64,000 bases of DNA from positions 736,001 to 800,000 of the forward strand of contig CAXWPL010000005.1 in the NCBI GenBank assembly GCA_963666215.2. The letters are read 5' to 3'. This document shows, in pieces, positions 30,719-40,133 of the stretch. Made by a program: the position numbers and the translations under genes. How positions within the stretch are numbered: the stretch's first letter is position 1; every line of letters begins with the position of its first letter. The DNA is from Acidobacteriota bacterium. Lineage in GTDB: Bacteria; Acidobacteriota; UBA890; WLXD01. The notes under the pieces were generated by a model, which made no database searches, was not told the origin of the DNA, and saw nothing but the letters and a program-made list of their open reading frames with translations.

Positions 30719-31957
30719 ATGAACGAGCGTAGTTGGTTTCCCGTGTGGGCTGAGCGAGCGCTTCTGCTCGTTGCCGCGCCGCTACTTTTCGCGGTGGTGG
30801 CCGAGGCGATGGTCCGGCTCGCCGGCGTCGAGACCGACGTCGCGCGCAACCGGAACGCCCAGATCGCGGTTCCGGTTTGGCTGCTCGCCGACGCAAGCTG
30901 GGCGAGCACGAGCCGCGATCAGATCGCACGCGAGGGCCGCCCGATCGCGGCCGAGGAGCTGGCCTGGCTGCACCACTTCGAGGAGGCTCGGTACCTGACC
31001 TACAAGCTGAAGCCCGACCTCGACGTCAAGGCGATCAACCCGTTCAACAGCATCGACGTCGCCAAGGGCGTTGAATTCGCGATCCGACCGAACAGCGACG
31101 GCTTCCGTGGAGACGACTTTCAGCCCAAGCCCCACGATCGGCTGCGCATCGTCACACTCGGCGACTCGAGCACGTTCGGGTGGGGAGTCGACGAGGCCGA
31201 CACGTACCAACAGCTTCTGCTCGAACGCCTGCGGCGTTGGCAAGGCGAGCGAATCGAGATCGTCAACCTCGGCATGCCCGGTCACAACAGCCGTCACGGG
31301 CGCGAGGTCATGCAGCGCTACGCGCTCCGCCTGGAGCCCGATCTGCTGATCATCAGCTACGGCGCCAACGACGGCCGCCTCGTCCTGCAGCCCGCCGAGG
31401 AGTTGGTGGCAGCCCACTACGGCTGGCAGGCCGATCTGCGGTTCGCCTTACTGCGGCTGCGGTCCTATCGTCTACTGCGCCGCCTGCTGATTGGCGCCAT
31501 CGACCCGTTGCGCGCCGATGTGACGAATGTTCTCGAGAGGGCTGCGGCGGTCCCCACGATCGATTACCAGCGCAACCTCAAGCGCATGATCGAAGCTGGC
31601 GTGACTGTTGATGCCAACACGATCCTGCTCTCGGTGTGCACGCAACCACCCTACGAGGCGGCCATTCGGTTCGTTGCCAGTGAGGTCGGTGTGCCTCTTG
31701 TTTCTGCGCGCAAGGCGTTCGTCAACACCCGCAGCCGGGTGGAGTCGGGCGAGCTCTACCCGGAGCAGCTGTCGCGGTACCGCGAGATCTACGGAACCGC
31801 CACTTTCGAAGCGCAGCCACCGCTCTATTTCACGAGCGACGGCTGCCATCCACATGCGGTGGGACACAACATCATCGCCGACGAGCTCGAGCGCGTGGTC
31901 AAACAGGCGCTGCGCCCAAAGCTGGCGGTACTAGCCTCGAGCCGGCGTACGCAGTAG
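30719..31957 (+). CDS. SGNH/GDSL hydrolase family protein
   Basis: LGDSSTFG, GAND, DGCHP; N-terminal TM. Confidence 0.85.
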   Translation: MNERSWFPVWAERALLLVAAPLLFAVVAEAMVRLAGVETDVARNRNAQIAVPVWLLADASWASTSRDQIAREGRPIAAEELAWLHHFEEARYLTYKLKPDLDVKAINPFNSIDVAKGVEFAIRPNSDGFRGDDFQPKPHDRLRIVTLGDSSTFGWGVDEADTYQQLLLERLRRWQGERIEIVNLGMPGHNSRHGREVMQRYALRLEPDLLIISYGANDGRLVLQPAEELVAAHYGWQADLRFALLRLRSYRLLRRLLIGAIDPLRADVTNVLERAAAVPTIDYQRNLKRMIEAGVTVDANTILLSVCTQPPYEAAIRFVASEVGVPLVSARKAFVNTRSRVESGELYPEQLSRYREIYGTATFEAQPPLYFTSDGCHPHAVGHNIIADELERVVKQALRPKLAVLASSRRTQ

Positions 31958-32002
31958 CGTGTCGACCTACCCGCCGCACACTTTGGACCGCCCACCGAAC
32001 AG

Positions 32003-32803
32003 GTGTCTGCAATGACCAGATCATCCATGACGCGCTTGCCACTACGAGTCAGCATCGTCACCTTGCTGTTGGCCGTGAACTTCAACGCCGTCGCAGTAAC
32101 CGGATACGCGGCGGCACAGCGTGAGCCAGAGGCCGTCGCGCTTGCCGAGAGCGTTATGGAGCGGATGGGCGGCCACGCCGCGTGGGATTCAACCCACTAC
32201 ATCAGCTGGCAGTTCTTCGGCGGCAGGCAGCACTACTGGAACAAGTGGAGCGGCGACATCCGCATCGAGATCCCCGCTGGCGAAAACCGCCAGGGCGAGC
32301 CGACGCCTGCACGGTTGATCCTGATGAACCTCAACACTCAGCAGGGCCGCGCCTGGCGCGACGGTAACGAGATTACCGACGCCGCCGAGCTCAGAGAGGC
32401 GCTGGAGGGCGGCAACGGGTCCTGGATCAACGACTCCTACTGGATGTTCATGCCCTACAAGCTGCTCGATCCGGGCGTCAGCCTGACGCACCTCGGCGAC
32501 GAGATCATGAAAGACGACCGCATGGCGGAGGTGCTCAAGCTCACCTTCGACAGCGTCGGCAACACACCGCAGAACAGGTACCACGTCTACGTGGCGAAAG
32601 ACTCCGGCCTCGTCGAGCAGTGGAGCTACTTTGCCGATCGCGCCGACGACGAGCCCGGCTTCACGCGGCCTTGGGCCGATTGGCAGCAGTTCGGCAAAAT
32701 CATGCTCGCCACGAACAAGGGCCGCGGCGCCGACTGGCAAATCGCGGTCCACGAAGAGCTCCCTGCCGAGCTGTTCCGCGACCCCGCGTTCATGATGCAG
32801 TAA
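32003..32803 (+). CDS. Secreted hypothetical protein (DUF6503-like)
   Basis: Signal peptide; MGGHAAW..WINDSYWMFMPYKLLDPGV..GNTPQNRY. Confidence 0.6.
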   Translation: MSAMTRSSMTRLPLRVSIVTLLLAVNFNAVAVTGYAAAQREPEAVALAESVMERMGGHAAWDSTHYISWQFFGGRQHYWNKWSGDIRIEIPAGENRQGEPTPARLILMNLNTQQGRAWRDGNEITDAAELREALEGGNGSWINDSYWMFMPYKLLDPGVSLTHLGDEIMKDDRMAEVLKLTFDSVGNTPQNRYHVYVAKDSGLVEQWSYFADRADDEPGFTRPWADWQQFGKIMLATNKGRGADWQIAVHEELPAELFRDPAFMMQ

Positions 32804-34025
32804 CCGGGCGGGGTGCCGCCCGCGTGCGCTTCACGAGCAGGCGCTCGCCAATCTCGACCGTCGCCAGCACATCGGCGATACGCTCGGCCGCGTGGCCATC
32901 GCCGTAGGGATTCACCAGCCCCACCAGCGACGCCCGGAACCTGCCGCTCAGCCCTCGATCGACGGCAGCGAGAATCTGAGCAGTTTCCGCCGGCGCGTCA
33001 ATCACGTTCGCGGCACGCTCTCGGCCTTGCTGTCGCGCGCCAACGTTCACCGCCGGCAGCTCCAGCGAAGCCGCCTCCATGATGCCGCTGCTGCTGTTGC
33101 CGAGTAGCAGCGCGCTCTCCCGCAGCAGGGCCCAGTAGGTCGGCGTGTCGAGATTCACGTAGAGCCTCGAGCGCGAGCTGGCGTCACAGAAGGCGGCGGC
33201 GCGCTCGATCAGTCGCCGGCTACCAGCGTCAGAATTGGGGAAGCAGAAAAGCAGCTGGCGCCCCTGCTCGGTGAGCGCCGCGAGCGCCGCGTACAGGGCA
33301 TCGGCCTCGCCCGTGGTATCGCGCGCCAAGGTTACCGGGTGATAGCCGACGACGATCGGCGAGTCCAGCCCCAGGCCGTCAGGAGAACCGAGCTCGAGGC
33401 GCGTCAGCAGCTCTGCACTCGACGGCAACTCGGCGCGGCGCAGATGATCGAGCGAGGGAGCGCCGGCCTGGTGAACTCGCCAGGGCTCTTCGCCCATCAA
33501 CAGCACCCGCGCCGAGGCCTGCCGGGTGGGAGTGAAGTGGACGTGGCTCATCATCGTCAACGCATTGCGCACCGCGTTGTCGATCGCACCCTCGCTGACC
33601 TCGCCGCCCTCGATATGCGCAATCGGTATGCGCAAGGCCAGCGCCGTCGAAGCGGGCGCCAGCATTTCGTAGCGGTCGGCGATGAGTAGCAGCAGGTCGG
33701 GACGCATCGCCCCCAGCGTGTCGGCCAAGCTCAGCGTCGCGAGGCCGATGGTCTTGGCCATGCCGACGTCGCTGTCGGAGCTGATCAAACACTCGATCGC
33801 GGCGTCAACGACGAAACCGTCGGCCTCGATCTGCTCGAGAGTCCGACCGAACTCGGGCGACAGATGGGCCCCGAGAGCGATCAGCCGGAGGTCGACTCCG
33901 GGACGCTCACCGAGCTCGCGCAACACCCAGTACAGGTGCCCGTAGTCGGCTCGCGAGCTGGTGACGACCGCAATCGTGCGCCGCCCCGCTTCCACCCCGT
34001 CGCCACCTCCCTCATCGCCAAGCAT
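32790..34025 (-). CDS. neuC: UDP-N-acetylglucosamine 2-epimerase (hydrolysing)
   Basis: VTSSRADYG, ADRYE, HIEGGE, GNSSSGIMEA, NPYGDG. Confidence 0.9.
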   Translation of the reverse strand: MLGDEGGGDGVEAGRRTIAVVTSSRADYGHLYWVLRELGERPGVDLRLIALGAHLSPEFGRTLEQIEADGFVVDAAIECLISSDSDVGMAKTIGLATLSLADTLGAMRPDLLLLIADRYEMLAPASTALALRIPIAHIEGGEVSEGAIDNAVRNALTMMSHVHFTPTRQASARVLLMGEEPWRVHQAGAPSLDHLRRAELPSSAELLTRLELGSPDGLGLDSPIVVGYHPVTLARDTTGEADALYAALAALTEQGRQLLFCFPNSDAGSRRLIERAAAFCDASSRSRLYVNLDTPTYWALLRESALLLGNSSSGIMEAASLELPAVNVGARQQGRERAANVIDAPAETAQILAAVDRGLSGRFRASLVGLVNPYGDGHAAERIADVLATVEIGERLLVKRTRAAPRPVTAS

Positions 34026-34081
34026 TGGCAGCGATCGTAGACGCAGGAGTCGAGCGGCGCACGTCTGCCGCCGGAGCTAGC

Positions 34082-35110
34082 CTATCTCGCGGGCAACCCC
34101 GCCGCCAGCCCCTGGGATCCCTGCAACATCACGCGGTTGTTGAGAGTCTTGATGGCGCAACCGCCGTCAATCGAGATCAGGCGCGTGCGTCCGAAGACGT
34201 CGTAGCCGTCAATCGCGAAGACGTCGAGTCCCGGCGTGATGTCGATCCCGCTGACGCGCCTGAAATGCGCGTCGGGACCGCAGGGCTTCCTCACTCTGTT
34301 GGTGTGGGCGTCGAGAACCACGAAATCCCACGCGCTGGCGATATAGAAGCTCCCGTTCGGATGCGCCATGAACGCGGTGACGTCGAGGCCCGGCTTCTTG
34401 TAGCGCGCCTTCGCCAATTGATAGTTCGGCGGGCCGAGCTTGTAGATCGCGTCGTAGTGCCACTGCTTGCGCGTACCGGGGATCGGCGGCCCGGCGGCCT
34501 TGTCGACGACGAATAACGTGCCCCACTCATCCATGTCGAGGAACGCGGGACTCACCCAATCGTGGTTCACCCGCCCGAGCTCTGTGATCACACCATCGGG
34601 AGAGTACGACCACAGGTGCCCATCACGCGGCCACCGCCCCACCGCCGACTTGCCCATGTCGGCGATGATGAGGTTGCACTGCATGTCGTACTCCACGTCG
34701 GCGATAAGGCCGAAGCTCTGGCGCTCGATCACCGTGATCTCGTGTGTCCACGTATCGAAGACGACCACGTTGCGGCTGTTCGCCACGGCGACCTTCTCGC
34801 AAAAGCGACTGTGCGTGATGCCCTTGGGCTTGAGGCGCACGCCCAACGGTTGCTTGGCAACCGTGAAGTTCTTGCCGCTCTTGTTGGGACGAAAGCGGAT
34901 AAGCGAGTCGCTCTTGCCGGTGGCGGTAACCAGATCGCCGTTCTTGATGAAGAGACCCGTCCCGAGAGCAGCGGCGGAGCTGGTGAGGGTGGCGGCGGCG
35001 GAAGAGGAGACGGCAGCCGACGCTGGAGGGAGCGTAATCAGAAGAATGGCCAGGCCGGACAGCAGAGTGCGTGCCGCGCGCTTGCGCACGCCCCGTGAAG
35101 CTGCGTTCAT
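34082..35110 (-). CDS. Secreted hypothetical beta-propeller-like protein
   Basis: Signal peptide; NHL/SMP30-like repeats (LIIAD, LFVVD, FYIA). Confidence 0.55.
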   Translation of the reverse strand: MNAASRGVRKRAARTLLSGLAILLITLPPASAAVSSSAAATLTSSAAALGTGLFIKNGDLVTATGKSDSLIRFRPNKSGKNFTVAKQPLGVRLKPKGITHSRFCEKVAVANSRNVVVFDTWTHEITVIERQSFGLIADVEYDMQCNLIIADMGKSAVGRWPRDGHLWSYSPDGVITELGRVNHDWVSPAFLDMDEWGTLFVVDKAAGPPIPGTRKQWHYDAIYKLGPPNYQLAKARYKKPGLDVTAFMAHPNGSFYIASAWDFVVLDAHTNRVRKPCGPDAHFRRVSGIDITPGLDVFAIDGYDVFGRTRLISIDGGCAIKTLNNRVMLQGSQGLAAGLPAR

Positions 35111-35402
35111 GTTGTTCTCGCTGTTTCTCCCAGGCCCAGGAACGTCGCTGCACGGCGCGCTTGGCGGCGGCACGGCGATCGGCCAGCTGCGAAGTCTAGG
35201 AGGGTCGGACCCCGACTGCAATGGACGCAAGGCGCCGCATCAGGGCGCCCACTGTCCTCCCTGGACAGGAGCGGACAAGCGCGGCCAGCGGTCCTCGGCC
35301 AACCGCCGCGATTGCGAAATCGGGTGGGGAATGCGAGCCTCGCGAGCTGTTCACGCGGCCGGACCTCGCCGGCGCGGCCACACCAGCGGGCTCTAGACAA
35401 CT

Positions 35403-36389
35403 ATGGCAAAACGGCCGATCCTCGTCACCGGCGCCACCGGCTTCACGGGCGGTGCTCTGGCCCGAAGGCTCCTGCACGACGGGCAGCAAGTGCGCGTGCT
35501 GGCTCGAGAGTCGCGGCGCGCGGCCGAGCTGGTGGCTGCCGGCGCCGAGGTCTTGCTTGGCGACTTGCGTGACAGCAACTCGCTGGCCGCGGCCATGGCT
35601 GACGCCAGCGTCGTCTACCACGTGGCGGCCAGCTTCCGTGACGCAGCGTCGGCCCAGGAGCTGCACGAAGTCAACGCCATCGGCACGCAGTCGCTACTCG
35701 AAGCGGCCATCAACGCGGACGTCGAACGCTTCGTTCACTGCAGCACGATTGGCGTGCACGGCGACGTCGAGAGCCCGCCGGCCGACGAAACCGCGCCGTT
35801 CCGCCCGGGCGACGCCTACCAAGCCTCGAAGCTGGCCGCCGAGCAGATCGTGCGGGACGCCATGCGAGACAACAGGCTGCCGATTTCGATTTTCCGCCCG
35901 GGCGGCATGTACGGCCCTCGAGATACGCGCTTCCTCAAGCTCTTCCGGGCAATCTCGCGTGGTCGGTTCTTGATGATCGGCGACGGCTCGCCCCTCTACC
36001 ATCTCACCTACATCGACGACCTCGTTGACGGGATTCTGCTGTGCGGCACGAGCCCGGAGGCGGTTGGCGAAACGTTTCTCCTTCTGGGCCCCGAATACAC
36101 GTCGCTCGGCGAGCTCGTCGCTCGCATCGCCCACGCGTGCGACGTCAAGCCACCGTGGCTACGCGTACCGTTCTGGCCAGTGTACGGTGTGGCCGCCGCC
36201 TGCGAGGCGGTGTGCTCGCCGTTCGGCGTACAGCCGCCGTTGTTCCGGCGCCGCGTCGACTTCTTCCGCAAGTCGCGAGCGTTCGACATCTCGAAAGCTC
36301 GTCGAGTGTTGGGATTCGCGCCTGAGCACGACCTGAGCGCCGGGCTGCGGCGAACGGTCGAGTGGTACCGCCGCGAGCGACTCCTCTAG
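35403..36389 (+). CDS. NAD-dependent epimerase/dehydratase (extended SDR)
   Basis: TGATGFTG, YQASK. Confidence 0.9.
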   Translation: MAKRPILVTGATGFTGGALARRLLHDGQQVRVLARESRRAAELVAAGAEVLLGDLRDSNSLAAAMADASVVYHVAASFRDAASAQELHEVNAIGTQSLLEAAINADVERFVHCSTIGVHGDVESPPADETAPFRPGDAYQASKLAAEQIVRDAMRDNRLPISIFRPGGMYGPRDTRFLKLFRAISRGRFLMIGDGSPLYHLTYIDDLVDGILLCGTSPEAVGETFLLLGPEYTSLGELVARIAHACDVKPPWLRVPFWPVYGVAAACEAVCSPFGVQPPLFRRRVDFFRKSRAFDISKARRVLGFAPEHDLSAGLRRTVEWYRRERLL

Positions 36390-36507
36390 ACAGTCGATCG
36401 CACGCAGACGCAACTGCACACCAACCGTCTGGCCAGCCAGTCATCACCTGTGCCCGCCCGTAGCATCAGGCGTGCACAAACCGGGGCGAATCTCGCGATA
36501 GGGTCAG

Positions 36508-37260
36508 GTGATGGGCATTCGACCGTTGATCGTCAAGGCGCTACAGAAGACGGGCCTCAACCGAGTCGCGCACCGGATCTACTACCGCCACGTACACGGC
36601 TTCGATACCGCCAACCGCGCCGTCCTGACCGCGCTGGAACGCTCATTCGAGCTCGCTGCCAGCAATGGCGTGCTCGGCGACGGTGACTATTGCGAGTTCG
36701 GCATCTTCAAGGGCTACGCCTTTCTGCACGCACAGCGCACCGCGGCGCAGCACCAGCTCGAGAGCATGCGCTTCTTCGGATTCGACTCGTTCGCCGGGCT
36801 GCCACCCATCGAAGCCGCCGATCTCACGAAGAACGACGAATTCTATGAGGGTCAGTACGCCTGCTCGAAGGAACATGTCGTCGCCAACCTGAGCTCGGCC
36901 GACGGCGGCGTGGACTGGGACCGGACGTTTCTCGTGGAAGGCTACTTCGATCGGTCACTGACGCCGCAGCTCAAGCGCGACCACGATCTGAAGGCGGTCG
37001 CAGTGGCGCTCATCGACTGCGATCTGTACGCCTCGACCGTGAATGTGCTGACGTTTCTCGACGGCCTCCTGCTGGACGGCTCGGTGCTGATGTTCGACGA
37101 CTGGAACTGCTTCGATCGCGACGACGAACGCGGGCAGCGTCGCGCGTTCGGCGACTTCCTCGGCGCACACGCGGAATGGACTGCCGAAGAGAGCTTCGCG
37201 TACGGCGACTGGGGCCAGGTGTTTGTTCTACGCGGCCCCGCCCAGCGCCCCCGCGCGTGA
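36508..37260 (+). CDS. TylF/MycF/NovP-family O-methyltransferase
   Basis: GDYCEFG, GFDSFAGLP, IDCDLY, FDDW. Confidence 0.88.
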   Translation: MMGIRPLIVKALQKTGLNRVAHRIYYRHVHGFDTANRAVLTALERSFELAASNGVLGDGDYCEFGIFKGYAFLHAQRTAAQHQLESMRFFGFDSFAGLPPIEAADLTKNDEFYEGQYACSKEHVVANLSSADGGVDWDRTFLVEGYFDRSLTPQLKRDHDLKAVAVALIDCDLYASTVNVLTFLDGLLLDGSVLMFDDWNCFDRDDERGQRRAFGDFLGAHAEWTAEESFAYGDWGQVFVLRGPAQRPRA

Positions 37261-37292
37261 GCTTGGCTCTTTTCTAAAGATCTCTCCTCTAA

Positions 37293-38617
37293 CAGGCTGC
37301 TGAAAAACGGCTCACGAGTGTCGATCCGGTCCCCGAGCGGCAGCGTGGAGTAGGCATGGCGCGCACCGTTGAAGGGGGGCGATCGCAAACGACCCTTCGC
37401 TCGTCACCTCGAGGGCCGGTTTGGCACTCCGGGGTCCCACTGCCTTCACGTCAGCGCCTCGAGATTGCGTATTCTCACCAAGGTGAACGCCGCCGCGGTG
37501 AAGACGAACATCCAGCCGACGCGGTCGACCCCTCGGTGCTTCGTCTTGCGGATCAGTCCGACTGTCTTTCCCCAGCCGAAGACCTGCTCGACGAGCTTGC
37601 GTTTGACCTGGCTTTGCTTATAGCCGGCGTGCCTCGTTGTGCGGCCATCGATCGCGCTGCGTCTGTTGGTGTCGTTCTGCGCCACATACGGCGTTACGTT
37701 CCGATCTCTCAGCTTGCCGACGCACTCCTTGGTGTCGTAGTTCTTGTCGCCACCCATAGTCACGCGATCTGTCCCGGGGATCTCGCCGGCCATCGCCACT
37801 GCCGCATCTCGTTCCGCTGTGCCTGAAGCCTTCGTTACCATCGCGTTGGTCGGCAGCCCGTGGCGGTTGTCGACTACCAGGTGGCCCATGTAGCAGAGCT
37901 TCGCCTCGGATCCCTTGCTCTTCCTATACAGGCGGGCGTCAGGATCGGTTCTCGAGGCGTGTGTATCGCTCTTGCGCCGCTGTTTGCGGAAATCGACGTC
38001 CGGGTTCCGGCCGCCACCACTGGGTGGATCCTGCCGCCCGCTCGGGTCTTTGGGCTGGTAGCTCTTGTGCGATGCCCACGCTTCGATCAGCGTTCCATCA
38101 ACGGTGAAGTGCTCGTCCGATAGCAGTCCGCGCCTGCGCGCTTGCTCCACGACTTGCTCGAAGAACACTTCGGCGACCTCACCACCGAGCACCCGGTCTC
38201 GGTTCTTGGTGAACACCGTCGCATCCCACACCGCATCGTCCATGTTCAAGCCCACGAACCAGCGGAATAGCAGGTTGTAGTCGAGCTGCTCCATCAGCAT
38301 GCGCTCGGAGCGGATCGTATACAGCACCTGCAGCAGCAATGCCCGCAACAGCTTCTCCGGCGGGATCGACGGCCGCCCCGTGTGCGAGTACATGCCGGCG
38401 AACAGTGGCGACATCTGTTCCAGCACGTTGTTGACGATCTTCAGCAGCCGCCGCAGCGGATGGTCCTTCGGTACCCTCTGCTCGGGCGAGATATAGCTGA
38501 ACGCTGCCACTTGACCCGCGTCTTCACCACGCATCTGCTCACCTCGTCGATGCTTCCGGTTGGCACGGGGCTGCATGGGTCAAGCTACATGAACAGCGGG
38601 AGTTTTTCAGCAGCCTG
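37293..38617 (-). mobile_element. IS5-family insertion sequence, copy 1 (1325 bp)
   Basis: Terminal IRs caggctgctgaaaaac / gtttttcagcagcctg; flanks CTAA and CTAG (YTAR). Confidence 0.95.
37446..38576 (-). CDS. IS5-family DDE transposase
   Basis: GRPSIPPE, FRWFVGL, VDGT, GGDKNYD, RKLVEQVFGWGK. Confidence 0.95.
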   Translation of the reverse strand: MQPRANRKHRRGEQMRGEDAGQVAAFSYISPEQRVPKDHPLRRLLKIVNNVLEQMSPLFAGMYSHTGRPSIPPEKLLRALLLQVLYTIRSERMLMEQLDYNLLFRWFVGLNMDDAVWDATVFTKNRDRVLGGEVAEVFFEQVVEQARRRGLLSDEHFTVDGTLIEAWASHKSYQPKDPSGRQDPPSGGGRNPDVDFRKQRRKSDTHASRTDPDARLYRKSKGSEAKLCYMGHLVVDNRHGLPTNAMVTKASGTAERDAAVAMAGEIPGTDRVTMGGDKNYDTKECVGKLRDRNVTPYVAQNDTNRRSAIDGRTTRHAGYKQSQVKRKLVEQVFGWGKTVGLIRKTKHRGVDRVGWMFVFTAAAFTLVRIRNLEALT

Positions 38618-38697
38618 CTAGAAGCGCGGCTCCTCAGGAGCGTGGGCGAAGCAGAAATCGGAGTCTTGGATCGCTCACCCTGCGCGGCCTCGATCGG

Positions 38698-38733
38698 ATG
38701 TTAGGATAGGTAACATTGTTGATGACCATCAAC
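38698..38733. promoter_or_regulatory. Palindromic putative operator(s) upstream of the XRE regulator
   Basis: ATGTTA-N7-TAACAT (38698-38716) and GTTGATG-AC-CATCAAC (38718-38733); extra ATGTTA half-site at 38738. Confidence 0.45.
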
Positions 38734-38798
38734 CCAGATGTTACTATGGGAAGCAATATGCCTTCTCCACTCCCTGGGAGGTCGCAGAGAAACCAGAT

Positions 38799-40133
38799 AT
38801 GGCCGAGAAGCTGAAGGATATCGGCAGTGTTCTCCAGGAAGCGCGGACGTCACGCGGTTTCACTCAGGCTGACATCGCACCTCAGCTTGGTGTATCGCGA
38901 GCCACCGTTGCCCAGATCGAGACAGGGCGGCGATCCTTGAAGGCTGAAGATCTGCGCCGGCTAGCTGCCTTCTATGGCTGTAGCCCCAGCGAGCTCCTGC
39001 CCTGCGCTACCGACGACGAGAAAGTGGGAGGCGTTGCCGAGCTGTGCCACTCGCATCCTATTCTCGCGGAAGATCAAGGGCCGAATTCCTTCGTCCGTGT
39101 GTGCGCGATGGCGAGAGCGCTCACGGATGTGGAAGCAAGCCTTGAGATCGACGCGCTTGCACACCCGCTTCCTTTGTACCGAATTGAGCGCGCAAATACG
39201 CCGTGGCAAGCAGTGTGGCAAGGACATCGCATTGCGGAGGATGAGCGGCGCCGCCTAGCACTTGGAGAGGGGCCCGTCCGTTTCGTCGACGAACTGCTCA
39301 TGACGTCGGGCGTTCGTTCCGGCAAGGCAACTCTGCCTAACGGAATCACTTCGATTTCGATCGCTCAACCGGATCACGGGCTTCTTGTTGTGGTCGACGA
39401 GAGCCTTAGTCTCGAACACCGCCGCTTCAGATACGCACACGGACTTGCCCATTTCTTGTTCGATACCGAAGGGGCATGGCGCGTATGCGTTTCTGGCGTG
39501 GCGCTTGATCTTGCGGAGCTGAGGGCCGACGCTTTCGCAAGCGGCCTTCTGATTCCCCAGAATGGCCTGCGTCGATACGTGGAGAGCCTCGGCAAAGAGA
39601 CATTCGGACGCTCTGGTCCCACGGTGCTCTCCGTGTTTTCAGAGGGCGACGGTCGCGACAAGACGGGCGAGAGCCGTCGGGTGGATGGTCGCCAGCGCAA
39701 GGGTCGTCACCCGATCACATTGTCGGACGTCCTACGCACGGCTCACTACTACGGCACGAGCGCCAACGTGGCTGCGCATCGTTTGAGAAACCTCCGACTT
39801 TTGACAGACCGGGAACTCGATCAACTAGAAACGATGTTGGGGAGTGAAAAGCATACGCCAACTGACCGGGAACTTGCTCTACAGGCAGCACCCCATGAGA
39901 TGGACGCCCTCTGTTCTCGACTGGCGGCGCTGGCGGCCAGTGCACTCCATCGGGGGAATATCGATGTCCCCAGATTCAACGAACTAGCGGAGTTCGCGGG
40001 AGTTGCCGTGGTCGACCGAGAGCGTCTCTTGTCTATTACGGCGCCGCCTTCACAACACGAGCGTGAGACTTCTATTCTAGCCAAACATCCGAAGCGACAG
40101 CCTCACAGGAGAAGGAGCAACCATGAAGAGTAA
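38799..40133 (+). CDS. XRE-family HTH fused to ImmA/IrrE (DUF955)-like domain, HExxH altered to HGLAH
   Basis: N-terminal TQADIAPQLGVSRATVAQIETG; RRFRYAHGLAHFLFD..ELRADAFASGLLIP. Confidence 0.85.
   Translation: MAEKLKDIGSVLQEARTSRGFTQADIAPQLGVSRATVAQIETGRRSLKAEDLRRLAAFYGCSPSELLPCATDDEKVGGVAELCHSHPILAEDQGPNSFVRVCAMARALTDVEASLEIDALAHPLPLYRIERANTPWQAVWQGHRIAEDERRRLALGEGPVRFVDELLMTSGVRSGKATLPNGITSISIAQPDHGLLVVVDESLSLEHRRFRYAHGLAHFLFDTEGAWRVCVSGVALDLAELRADAFASGLLIPQNGLRRYVESLGKETFGRSGPTVLSVFSEGDGRDKTGESRRVDGRQRKGRHPITLSDVLRTAHYYGTSANVAAHRLRNLRLLTDRELDQLETMLGSEKHTPTDRELALQAAPHEMDALCSRLAALAASALHRGNIDVPRFNELAEFAGVAVVDRERLLSITAPPSQHERETSILAKHPKRQPHRRRSNHEE

Noticed and set aside
38799-40133. XRE-ImmA gene as a sign of a prophage, ICE or anti-phage defence locus
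   Set aside because: No integrase, phage, conjugation or defence effector genes nearby; downstream genes are metabolic.
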